In this document: in pieces, positions 11,787 to 22,816 of the stretch
Layout of the letters: every line of letters begins with the position of its first letter
How positions within the stretch are numbered: position 1 is the first letter of the stretch
Assembly: GCA_030704615.1 (NCBI GenBank)
Contig: CM060734.1
Span: forward strand, 11,780,001 to 11,844,000
Direction of reading: 5' to 3'
Source: Takakia lepidozioides
Lineage: Eukaryota; Plantae; Bryophyta
Length of the DNA: 64,000 bases
Program-made: the position numbers and the translations under genes
The notes under the pieces: generated by a model
What the model was told of the DNA's origin: nothing
Seen by the model: the letters and a program-made list of their open reading frames with translations, nothing else
The model's database searches: none

Positions 11787-12900
11787 CTGGCCCATCACAC
11801 TCCTGAATGTTGCGTACAAAATAATAGCCAAGGCCCTGGCCCTTCGCTTGCAGCCTCTCCTCCCTTCTTTAATCAGAACTGGCCAGACAGGGTTCATTAA
11901 AGGAAGGTACATCCTGGATAATATTCTGCTTGCTCACGAGGCAGCCTATATTGCTATAGGCTTGGGTCAAGCCCTTGCCCTTTGGTTGCTAGACTTTGAA
12001 AAGGCTTTTGATAAGGTGGATTGGGCTTTCCTCCTCAAAGTCCTCGCCAAGGTAGGCATTCCCCCTGGTTTCTGCACCTGGGTTCAAATCCTCCTCCACC
12101 AATCCAATAGCAGGGTGGTCATTAACAGATGTCTCTCCAAGCCTTTTGGGTTGCATCGCTCGGTGAGGCAGGGCTGTCCATTGGCTCCCTTCCTGTTTTT
12201 GTTTGTGGCAGACTCCCTTGGCTACCTTCTAGATCAAAACATGGCAGTTCATGGTCTTAGCATTAGGAACCCCGCTGCTCAACTAAGTCTCCAAGTAAAA
12301 GACTCTATGTTCGCGGATGACATTATCCTCTTGCTTGATGCCACCCCCTCCACTTTCAAAGCAGCTGAAGAGACGCTCGGGCGATTCTGCAGCAACACAG
12401 ATCCCTCCTCTTCCGTTTCCCCTGAATTTGACAAATCGGATATCAATTGGAAGCATGTGAAGACCACGACGAAGACAAAGCTTTTTTATAGATAGGCGGC
12501 CTTCTCGGTGTTGCCTTGCTGCCCATGCGTTTTCTGCGCATCATGCTACTTGCTTCCATTCTTCTTTTATGTCTTTCTTCCATTGTAGTCCTTCATAGGC
12601 CTCCTAGCATTGCATTGCATCGCGATAGTCAGGGCTTCCCGGCTCTGGATAATCGGTTTATCTTCTTGTAATGATTCTAGAACTCGGTTCTGCTTCAGTC
12701 CACTGATGGACACCAGATGTCTGTCGTGCAGCTAAGTAATTGATCTTCGGAGTATCCGTCACAAGATCACTGTGAGTTAAGCCTTATGGCAGCCTACGGG
12801 CATGAAAGGGTTTTAATTTTTTTCCCTTCAATAATCTAATAAAATTATACCAGGGCCCTGTCCCCTGTTCCACTAAAAAAAATAAAAATAAAAATAAAAT
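11787..12900 (+). mobile_element. L1-like LINE: reverse transcriptase fragment, internal deletion, 3' end with A-rich tail
   Basis: PITLLNVAYKIIAK..QTGFIKGR..LDFEKAFDKVDW..RQGCPLAPFLF..MFADD. The 3' segment (12400-12485 and 12805-12870) matches the LINE at 19770-20230 in reverse. Confidence 0.9.
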
Positions 12901-13399
12901 TGGTTCATATTAATATTAATTGGTTCATGTTTGCATTTTTTTTTGGGGCCCTTCGTGTGCGGAGCCCACTAAAGTAGGGACTAACTTAGTAAGTAGTAAG
13001 AGGCAGGGGAAGATTGCGCACTTCTCCTTTATATACCCTCTCATGGCGGCGGGCCGACCCCTCAAGTGGTGGGGGACCCTTCTAGAAGGTTGTCCTGGGA
13101 CACATGTCACCCCTAGAAACCACCACATGACACATGTAGTTTGCTTACTCCAATTTGGCGCCTGAACCATCCCCCATTTAATAGCTGTCGCCTTCCTACC
13201 TTCTTTTTTCTTACCCCCTTACACGACGGTTATTAATTCAAATCCTTGTGTGGCTTACTATTACCCCCCTTTTTAATTAATGGTCCTTCATTTGATGGGC
13301 ATGGCCCACGCAAACTTGGGGGGCTTATTAGGTTTTTCTTACTCTGTAGAATATTACACTAGAAAAGAGTGAAAGAGTAAGTGTTTGGGAAATCTTACT

Positions 13400-16090
13400 G
13401 CCTACGGTTTGAAAGCACCTCTTTAGTTGAATTCGAGCTTATCATTGAATTGCTACTGTAAGCACATAGAAAGATGCAGAAAATGCTCTCGGCAACGCAT
13501 GCACCATCCGCAGTTGCGCACATGCAACAACAGATGATGTTTGCGTTGACACAAACATCTTTCATTTGGTGGTTTGTCTGTGCTAGAGAATTGTTGAAGC
13601 TGCATGTGGGCTCATATGCTAACAACAAATGATGTTTGCGTCAACGGAATGTGCAGTTTGGGTTTAGGTCTTTACAAGAGTCTTTGACATGTTGTATCAA
13701 AACAACACAATTGTCATGAGCACTCATGCTTGCGCCAACGCAAACATTTCGTTCATTAGTTTTGTTGTCCGTCGATAGAGGTAGAAAGATTAGGAACTGC
13801 AACATGCATATGATGTTGGCGCTAACGCAAGCATCATTTGTTTAGATGTTTAGAGTTGACATTTAGTATATCTATGATGGCTAGATTTAAACAAAAAAAA
13901 AGAAGGAAGGCTGCAGTGGTGGAAGAGCTTGAAGATAGTGATGAGGATGATATGGATTATGCGAATAAGGCAAAGGAGATAATGTTCTTTCAGAAGGTAA
14001 ACTCGGCACAAGGGATCAGGTCCATGACTGTCTTGGAATGGACTCTCATGGACTCTCATGATTCCCTTGCGCTGAATGATATCCATGCCGACAATTTGAC
14101 ATGCCCTCACACCCGACATAACAAAGCTGCAAAGAGATTTTGTGCACGATTATAGGCTGGGGACACAAATGTTCTATGCGTCTTTGTTGGACATCAATGG
14201 AAAGGAAAAAGTTGTAGACGGGGATATTATGGCAGAGTGGGGTTCTTGTTGGAAAGAGATGATTGACAAATTCGAGGAATCACTGTCCAAAACCCCCAAG
14301 ACAGTGAGATTTAAGGGAAAGATTTCTTTGTCTGGGACGGTAATCCTAAACTTCTGGCATGGATGGGTTACATATCCAGGATGCACTTTGACAAGAAGAA
14401 GTGACACTATTGTGTGATGTCAATGGTGCTTGACCCCAGAGGAAACATTACTCAGCTCTTGACAACCATGCATGATATTAGCAAGTAAATATCCTTAAAC
14501 CATAGCAAGAAACATGCCACTTTGTGCCAATGGAATGGTTCATGTAAGAAATCCAGCATGTCTTCGTCCTGCACGTTAATTCAGTTTTTTACTGTGTAGG
14601 GGAATAGAAACTTCACATGTCACCATGAACCTTGTGCATACTCTCTACAGAATGCAGAAACTGGGGAAGATGTCTTTTGCAAGCTTTAAGAATGTGCTTG
14701 CAGATGAAACGTTTTCAAAATGCGAAAATTCTAAAAAAACAAGACACCTAATACACTTTGACAAGAGACGTATTTCTGGAGTATATGTATGCGGTTTGTT
14801 TTCATCTTGTATGTTGATTGCCTGGTTTCCATGTTTTCTTACATTTTATAATTAGAACTGTGGTGACATTGCTTTTTGTGCTATGCAGCAAGAGATTGCA
14901 GAGGCAGATGATCTAGATTCCTACAATTGTTTGTTTGGTGGTCTACTGTTATCATTGAGTATTCTGATGTATTTCTGGTTTGCAGTTGGAGAAGAAGGTC
15001 AGCTTTGTGTTGGGCAAGGCCTTCCACGACTGTGACATTTAGGTATCCACTCCGGATGTCTCCTTCGAGGCCTACATACGAAAATGGAAGGGCGTGGTTT
15101 GGAGATTTTGATTTTTTAGAGAATTCAACAAAGAATGAGGAATATTGCGCTCCCACAACTTTGACAGTCAGTACAATAGAGAGGCAGCTATGAAGCAAGT
15201 TATGTACACGTATTAGCTTCATTTTGAATTGTAGCCTTGGTAGTTGATGTTCATGTCCCTGCAGAGTGTCTTATGTTATGCTTACGTTCACATAAGCATA
15301 GTGCAAGATAGTACTCTGTTTGTCATGCTTTGCAGGATGTGGGGCAGGGATGCTTGCGTTAATGCAAGCATAGTCCCACCCTCATTCGTTGGTTATATTT
15401 GGTCTTAACTATTGTCATCACTCTATCCTCTGCTCTGTGTTGTGACTATTTTGTCCCTACACATTGTCTTGATGTAGGCTTGCATTGACGCAAGCATACT
15501 ACAAGACCAAGAAGTGACAGTCAGCTTATGCAAAACAGGGCAAAGCTTATGCTTGCTTCAATGCAAACTGTATAAACTCTCATCTTCTTTCAATCTTCTC
15601 CCCTATGTTGTGAGAGTTATGTCCTGCAGAGTGTCTTACTATATGCTTATGTTGACACAAGCATATTGCAAGACCAAAAAGTGTTAGTCACCATATTCGG
15701 AATAGGATGAGAGTGTATGCTTGCTTCAACGCAAGCATAAACTCTCATATGCCCTCTGTCCGCTTCTATGTTGTGAGAGATCGGTCCATGTAGTGTGTCT
15801 TGCTGGATGCTTGCGTCAACGCAAGCATACTGCAAGACCTTTATTTATCCAAGCAGGGTCTATCCGTACTTCAACGCAAGCATAAATTCTCAACTGCATT
15901 CTATTATCTGCCACATGCAATTAGAATTCGGACCGTGCAAAGTATTTTGTTGTATGCTGTGATACTTTGGTTCCTACAGTGTGTTTTGCATGCTTGCGTT
16001 GACGCAAGCATAGTGCAAGACCAAATAGTGTTAGCCTGCTTTGTCAGAATAAGAGCAGGGTTTATGCTTGCTTCAACACAAGCATAATTT
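13400..16090 (+). mobile_element. Copy 3 of the family: degenerate ParB cargo-gene homolog with its own palindrome ATGCTTGCGT-YR-ACGCAAGCAT
   Basis: 13884-15200 aligns with copy-1 exons (KAKEIM..QKVNS; FY.S.....GKE..V; FKGK..FVWDGN; LLTTMHDISK|gt; NLVHTLYRMQKLG). Many palindromes at 13480-13835 and 15350-16085. Confidence 0.75.
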
Positions 16091-17773
16091 CCCACCCATA
16101 TTGTGATGTGTCGGAACCTTAATACATTGGTGGCAGAGACAAAGAGACGAAACACGCAATGTCCAAGCCGACCTCGATGCAGAAAGAGAGCAATCTCGGA
16201 AAACGGAGATAGAGGTGGAAACACTCAGAGAACAGGTGCAGACACTTAAGGGACAGGTGGATACACTCAAGGGGCAGCTGAGGACTGCCAAAGAACAGGG
16301 AACCAAGTGGCTCTCATGCAATACTGTACTGTTGAGATAAAGGGAAAATGCATAAAGTAGGATATTCACAGCTAACACAGAGAGAGAAATTGCCTTACAC
16401 AACGAACAAGAATGGAAGCAGCAGCTGGAGAAGCTGACACTGCAAGCAGGGCTGGATGCAGCAGACGCAACCTTGGCCCGAGCATGGTTGAATGAAGGAA
16501 GTGAGCTAGAAATGAAGAAACTCAATAGGGCAATGATAAAACAAATGAAGTGTCAGTTGGCGAAATTGGTGACAGACATTCACGAGGAATTTCTACCACC
16601 AATTCGAGAACAAGAGGAGCTCACGAATGAGGACGACCAAGAGGAGCAAGACCATGAACCGGAAGCACCAATACAATCAACAACAACAACTCCAGCACAA
16701 ACACTGCCAACAACACAACCACCACCAAGTCAACAGGCACCGATACAGGCCACAACAGGGCCATCTACTCAGGAGGTAAACCCCGTACCATTACCAAGTG
16801 TTCTGGTGGCATCAACTTCAGTAGCAGTGGATGATTTCCAAATCATGCCATGCAAGCAGGATGGGGAGTGGCTAAAGTATTCAGAGGAATACTTTAAAAT
16901 GATGATAGTCCCAGCCCACCAAATCCCAGAAGTACTAGAGAAGGTATTCAAAGCCTTAAACCCCTGCAGGTCATTGGGTCAATTGCATTTGCTCAATCAA
17001 ACTCTCATACCTTTGAGATACAAGATGAGACCACTGGCTAGGGAGGAGACATGGTCAGGGGCAGAATTGGTTGAATTCTGGCGCCAGGTTCCCATAGAGT
17101 ACAAAGAGCTGGTCGCTTACATGTGGGCAGTGGGGCAATTGAAGATTAATCCTACCCCGGCAGTAGACGTTGTAATGGGCTGCCCAAGTTTTTATATTGG
17201 TAGCTACTTATACCGGATGATCGTCACAATGAGGGGAAGCTGGCAGCGCTATGAGAGTATTGACAATGATACTCACTGGGAATTACCCAAATTCCAGCCA
17301 CCGGAGAGAGTCTCAGGCACTTCAGCATATATGAACAGACCACTATATGTTGAAGCATGGCGCTAGGCGAAAGACCACTTTTCACCATTGGTCCTGGACA
17401 AAGACCACCCCTTCAGAGAAACGGGGACGCAAGCTGTTAACTGGTTAATGGGCAGCAGGGCGACCAAAAACATTGTGCCCTGGACCAAGGAGGAGCTACA
17501 AACCTACCGAGAAACCTTGACCACCAAAATCGACATGGTACGCACGGACGGAATAGCAGAACACCCTGATGACGAAAGCTGGCCCACTCACGAACCACAG
17601 GAGCAACCAGACAGTGATGATAATAGAAACAAGAAGTTGCCACCACGACCATCACAATCCTGGGACGCACTTCCTAACCAGCAGACAGGCATGCCACCAC
17701 CCTACACCCCCAAGAGACACAACAAACACAGGAACTGACGAAATTGTGCGGACAGGGGGGGGGGGGGGATAAA
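16090..17773 (+). mobile_element. 3' internal region of an LTR retrotransposon carrying a non-gag/pol ORF (coiled-coil, then P/Q/T-rich, then W-rich), ending in a polypurine tract
   Basis: ORFs 16473-17366 and 17388-17738. A G-run PPT at 17754-17773 lies immediately before the LTR. Confidence 0.6.
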
Positions 17774-18627
17774 TGATAACGGCTAAGTATGACACAGCTA
17801 CGAGAGCCGGGTAGCGAGAGTCACGGGCTGAAAAGGCTAAGTGCATGGCACTTAGCAAACGACGGAACAAGGGTACACTACTACGGGAGCAGTAGTGGGT
17901 AGTGTAGCAGCCGTGGGCCGTGAACCACGATATCACACGGCCACGGTAGCATAGGCTTTACTAATAGAAGAAGTAGTGAAGGGCCGTGGACCGTGTACCA
18001 TTATGGCACACAAGTCACGACCACTATCACGAGCCACTTTTTGGCAAACCCTTTAGGTTGCGTAGGCAGTTAGGCAACGGTCATTAACGACTGCAGGCTG
18101 TAACGGCTCTTTCGAGCATAGTATAAAAGGGCTGCACGCAACTTAGAAGGTATCGGTGATTGATCAGTGTGTATCCAATGGACTCAGAGTGATTGGATGT
18201 GTATTTATGCTATGATGAGATGAACTCTGAAGTAAAGCCATGCTATTCCAAGTATCTCTGTGTAGAGTGTTTGTGAGATGGAGAGAATGTGCATTATGAG
18301 AGAACGTGAGATGGTGAGAATGTGTATCACCTCAGAATAGATCTTGTTTGTCTTGAATACTGTATGACTGTATGAACAAAGAGGCTCCAGCCTTTCCAAC
18401 TAAGACCTTTTTTGTTGATGAGACTACGGGTTGGACTTAATTAATAGGATTAAGCAACCAGCAGAGATGTTGATTCATACGACTACCGGGGTTTAGCTAT
18501 CTTTCAAACGATTACTCTGTAATTGTTTCAGAAGGTATACCGTCGGACAACCTCTGTTGCATGTCTTGGGAAATGGGCTGTAGAGTCGAAAGCCTATTTT
18601 GTCTAAGTCATAAACCAGCGGTTAACA
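17774..18627 (+). mobile_element. 3' LTR (~854 bp)
   Basis: TGATAAC...GTTAACA termini, preceded by a PPT; TATAAAA at ~18122. Confidence 0.7.
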
Positions 18628-18664
18628 TGCTTCTAGGACCTTTTTTCTTATTTTAATTATAATT

Positions 18665-19678
18665 GGAGAAGACTACGCTCACCCAACGAGTTGAATGCAA
18701 ACGTGGGAGCTTGCCGTTACAGTCGCCGGGGATGGCCATACCGGCGACATTCCGGGGGGGCGCACTGTCAAGCACACCCCCTCCCGCTGTTCCCCTCTCA
18801 CCTACGAGCCTGTATTCTAGGATAAATTATTAAAAAATCCAAAGGTTACCAAGAAGTGGATGGTAGTGTGGTGGCTAGGTGATATGCAGTATTGTAGTGA
18901 GATCTGATGTTCAAATCATTGCAGTCCAAGCATGGTTAGTGATTGGTTGCACACGAGGCTAATTATTGTGCTTTTTCATCTCTGAGGTTCAAATCGTTGC
19001 AGCCCAAGCATGGTGAGTGATTGATTGCACATGAGGCTAATTATTGTGCTTTTTCATCTCCAAAATAATTCTAAGTCCAAGATCCTCGCTTCGCTCCGGG
19101 AACAGGGGAGCGAGGACAAGGGACAGGGATAAGGAAACGGGCCTGGGAACAAGGAGGGGACAGAGGAGGTCCCCACGTCCCTCCTCGCCATGTGGAACGC
19201 AGCTCACTCCCCTGTTCCCGGTCCTCGCTCCCCTCCCTGTCCCCACTCCCCTCCTCGCCATGTGGAACGCAACTCACTCCCCTGTTCCCGGTCCTCGTTC
19301 CCCTGTCCCCGCTCTCATCCTCGCCATGTGGAACGCAGCTCGCTCCCCTGTTCCCGGTCCCCGTCCCTGTGGAATGCGTCTCGCTCCCCTATTTCCGGTC
19401 CCCTCTGCCCTCCTCGCTCCCCTGTCCCAATGCGGGAATAGGGGATCGAGGAGGGCGCGGGGGACGGAATAGGGGAACAAAGTTGGAGATTATTTGGGAA
19501 CGTGATCCTGAAGGTGGGGGGCATGAGGAGGGAACATGAGGTGTGGAGCGCTCCCCACCTTCCCAATGGGGGATGAGATTTGACTGGTAGTTTGGCGGAG
19601 CTTCTCGGAGCTCCGGCCCGCGGGCCCCACCACCTCGCACGCTTGCCTTAAACTCGTTGGGTAAGCGTAGTCCTTGCC
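18665..19678. mobile_element. Non-autonomous Mutator-like element, ~40-bp TIRs, 9-bp TSD ATTATAATT
   Basis: GGAGAAGACTACGCTCACCCAACGAGTT vs AACTCGTTGGGTAAGCGTAGTCCTTGCC. TSD at 18656-18664 and 19679-19687. Internal ~65-70 bp GC-rich tandem repeats at 19180-19400. Confidence 0.85.
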
Positions 19679-19769
19679 ATTATAATTAAGGATTTTTTAA
19701 ATGATTAAATGTTACTTTCCATCTAGTTGATCTTGTTAAGTATGACCTTTTTTTTAATTAAAAAAAAAT

Positions 19770-20888
19770 TAACAGGGGACGGTGGCCCTGGAGCTGAATT
19801 TTTTTAAGATTATTGAAGGGAAAAAAATTAAAACCCTTAGTTGGTACGTGGCAGCCATGCGGCTTCCCACACGATGTTCGTGACGGATACCCCGAAGAGC
19901 AGGACAATTAGCAGAGCTAAGCCCGCGAGTTTGTGTCCGTGAAGAGACCTGGACCCAAGACTTTAACAAGAGTAATACAACCTAGAGATGCTTCCTGGGT
20001 TAGATACCCAACAGACTATGAGGCATGAAGCTATGAGTCTGAATGATCCCGGAGGAATGATGACGAGTCCGCATTACCTTGACTAGAACCTGGAGATTGA
20101 ACTCAAGAAACGCCCCTGCCGGGTGGTACTTATGGCAAAGTACGAAAGCTTGGTCTTCGTAGGGGCCCTCACATGCTTCCAGTTGATGTCCGATTTATCA
20201 AACTCTGGGGAAGCGGAAGAGGAGGGCTTGCTTTCCCCTCCATTGAGGGGGGGTTTGCCTAGGCCCCGCCAAGTGTCACGTCCCGAGCAGGAGCAGATGA
20301 TGCCCCCTCTCCCCCAATACTAGGCCACTGCATGCTATTGATTTTGATTGTTTGTTGAGGAGCAGTTCCACCCTGCCTGTGGGGATGAGACCCCAGCCCG
20401 AATAGAAGAAGGCTATATATGGCCATATAAGGGCTAGCCCCTGGCAGGATAAGAGACAGTGCTCCATGGTTTCCATAGTGCCGGTTGTCTTGTGCAACAG
20501 GTGCAGGCAGGGCCCACTTGGAAGATTTAGAAATTGCCCTACCTTTAGCCCCCGGTTGGCGATTTGCCAAAGGAAAGCACTCAGTTTTGCTGGTTTCATT
20601 TTCTCCCAAACAAGACCCCATATAAGGTCCCAGTTCTCATCAAGAAAGCTCTCCAATCCCCATTTGCTATTCCATTTGGTAGTGAGATCCGTAGCTTTGT
20701 TAAGGGAACTGTATGCTTTTTTGGTTGAGTAGGAAACGAACTTGGAGTGAGCCCCGTCCAGGTTCCATTCCCACTCTCTTGGGTCTATCTGAAGATCCTG
20801 GATCTGCCCCCCTCCTATACGGGCGAAAGTGCTACCTGACTGAATCCAATGCATTATTGGGTAATCTATGCAGAAAGGGTTGAACTTC
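19770..20888 (-). mobile_element. L1-like LINE 3' part (zf-RVT region and 3' UTR), running into the gap
   Basis: WGLVWEKMKPAKLSAFLWQIANRGL...C...ETMEHCLLSC. The 3' tail is shared with 12400-12870. Confidence 0.8.
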
Positions 20889-21388
20889 NNNNNNNNNNNN
20901 NNNNNNNNNNNNNNNNNNNNNNNNNNNNNNNNNNNNNNNNNNNNNNNNNNNNNNNNNNNNNNNNNNNNNNNNNNNNNNNNNNNNNNNNNNNNNNNNNNNN
21001 NNNNNNNNNNNNNNNNNNNNNNNNNNNNNNNNNNNNNNNNNNNNNNNNNNNNNNNNNNNNNNNNNNNNNNNNNNNNNNNNNNNNNNNNNNNNNNNNNNNN
21101 NNNNNNNNNNNNNNNNNNNNNNNNNNNNNNNNNNNNNNNNNNNNNNNNNNNNNNNNNNNNNNNNNNNNNNNNNNNNNNNNNNNNNNNNNNNNNNNNNNNN
21201 NNNNNNNNNNNNNNNNNNNNNNNNNNNNNNNNNNNNNNNNNNNNNNNNNNNNNNNNNNNNNNNNNNNNNNNNNNNNNNNNNNNNNNNNNNNNNNNNNNNN
21301 NNNNNNNNNNNNNNNNNNNNNNNNNNNNNNNNNNNNNNNNNNNNNNNNNNNNNNNNNNNNNNNNNNNNNNNNNNNNNNNNNNNNNNNN
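20889..21388. other. Assembly gap (500 N)
   Basis: Run of N. Confidence 1.
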
Positions 21389-22390
21389 AGTCAGAACGGA
21401 AATGCGGTGCCGCATTTCCGTCTGGCCTGATGGTAGGTGCGACTCGGATGGAAATACGTTGCCGCATTTCAGTTCCGATGGTTCACGATTTTCAGTCAGA
21501 ACGGAAATGCGGTGCCGCATTTCCGTTCTGGCCTGATGGTAGGTGCGACTCGGATGGAAATACGTTGCCGCAATTCAGTTCCGATGGTTCACGATTTTCA
21601 GTCAGAACGGAAATGCGGTGCCGCATTTCCGTTCTGGAATGATGGTAGGTGCGACTCGGATGGAAATACGGTGCCGCATTTCAGTTCAGATAGTTCGCGA
21701 TTTTCAGTCAGAACGGAAATGCGGTGCCGCATTTCCGTTCTGGATAGTTGAATGAGTCTCAACCGGTCGGAATTGCGCTGTATGAAGCTGTCGGAATCTT
21801 ACTCGGCTCCAGGCATCAGATACAAAATGGAAATGCGGCGCCGCATTTCCTTTATGGAATGTCGAAAAAGTGCGACTTTGACGGAAATGCGGTGCCGCAT
21901 TTCTGTTCCCGTGTTCATCATAATTCTCAATCAGAACGGAAATGCGGTACCGCATTTCCGTTCCACCTTCACATACCGTGCTTGTTGAATGAAATGCGGT
22001 ACCGCATTTCCGTTCTCGAGAGTATGAATGTCTTTTAAGGACGGAAATGTGCTGCAACATTTCTATCCTCAGCTCCATGCATCAGATACAAAATGGAAAT
22101 GCGGCACCGCATTCCGCATTCCCGTTCTGGAATGTCGAAAGTGCGACTCGGACGGAAATGCGGTGCCGCATTTCTGTTCCCGTTGTTCATAAATCTCAAT
22201 CAGAACGGAAATGCGGTACCGCATTTCCGTTCCACCTTCACATACCGTGCTTGCTGGATGGAAATGCGTTACCGCATTTCCGTTCTGGAGAGTATAAAGG
22301 TTTCCCCCGGACGGAAACTCGGTGCCGCATTTCCGTCGCTCTGTTGCATGACCAAGATGCAATACGGAAATGCGGCGCCGTATTTCCGTC
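21389..22390. repeat. Array of ~20 palindromes CGGAAATGCGG-YR-CCGCATTTCCG at ~53-bp period (105-106-bp and ~266-bp higher-order units)
   Basis: Units start at 21389, 21494, 21600 and 21706. A ~266-bp block is repeated at ~21814 and ~22080. Confidence 0.9.
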
Positions 22391-22816
22391 CACCAGCAAT
22401 CGACAGAATCACTCGTGACGGGAAATCTGGAACCTCAATGGGTTGCATTGTTCCGAAACAACACAATTGCGGCCAGTCTTGATGAGCACAACTTGGTTGT
22501 CTGACCGTTTTAACCAGCAGTCCTGGCACTTGTCAGTGCGAACGTTCCTGTCTGCACCGAGAATACTGCTGGATCCACCCTCAGGAGAAACTGTCAGGAG
22601 ATGTTATTTCGTCGCCGAATCGGCCATCATTGTCCTACTCACTGGCTATGGAATCAAACCTCCCACCTTCATGCATGTAGCTTGAAACAATACTTTCCAC
22701 TTCAATGTGCGACTTCCAATTGTCGATGGACTCCGCAGATCCACTTAGATGGTGCCTGTGAGCCTTGGTCTGTCGCTATACTGAACCTCGCACTTGCCAA
22801 CTCCGTGCGGTGTTCG

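Noticed and set aside
20276-21536. Long ORFs spanning 20.3-21.5 kb
   Set aside because: Artefacts of translating the N gap.
21389-22390. CRISPR-like repeat/spacer appearance (24-bp palindromes, ~29-bp spacers)
   Set aside because: The spacers recur as 106- and 266-bp higher-order duplicates, there are no cas genes, and the context is a eukaryotic TE.
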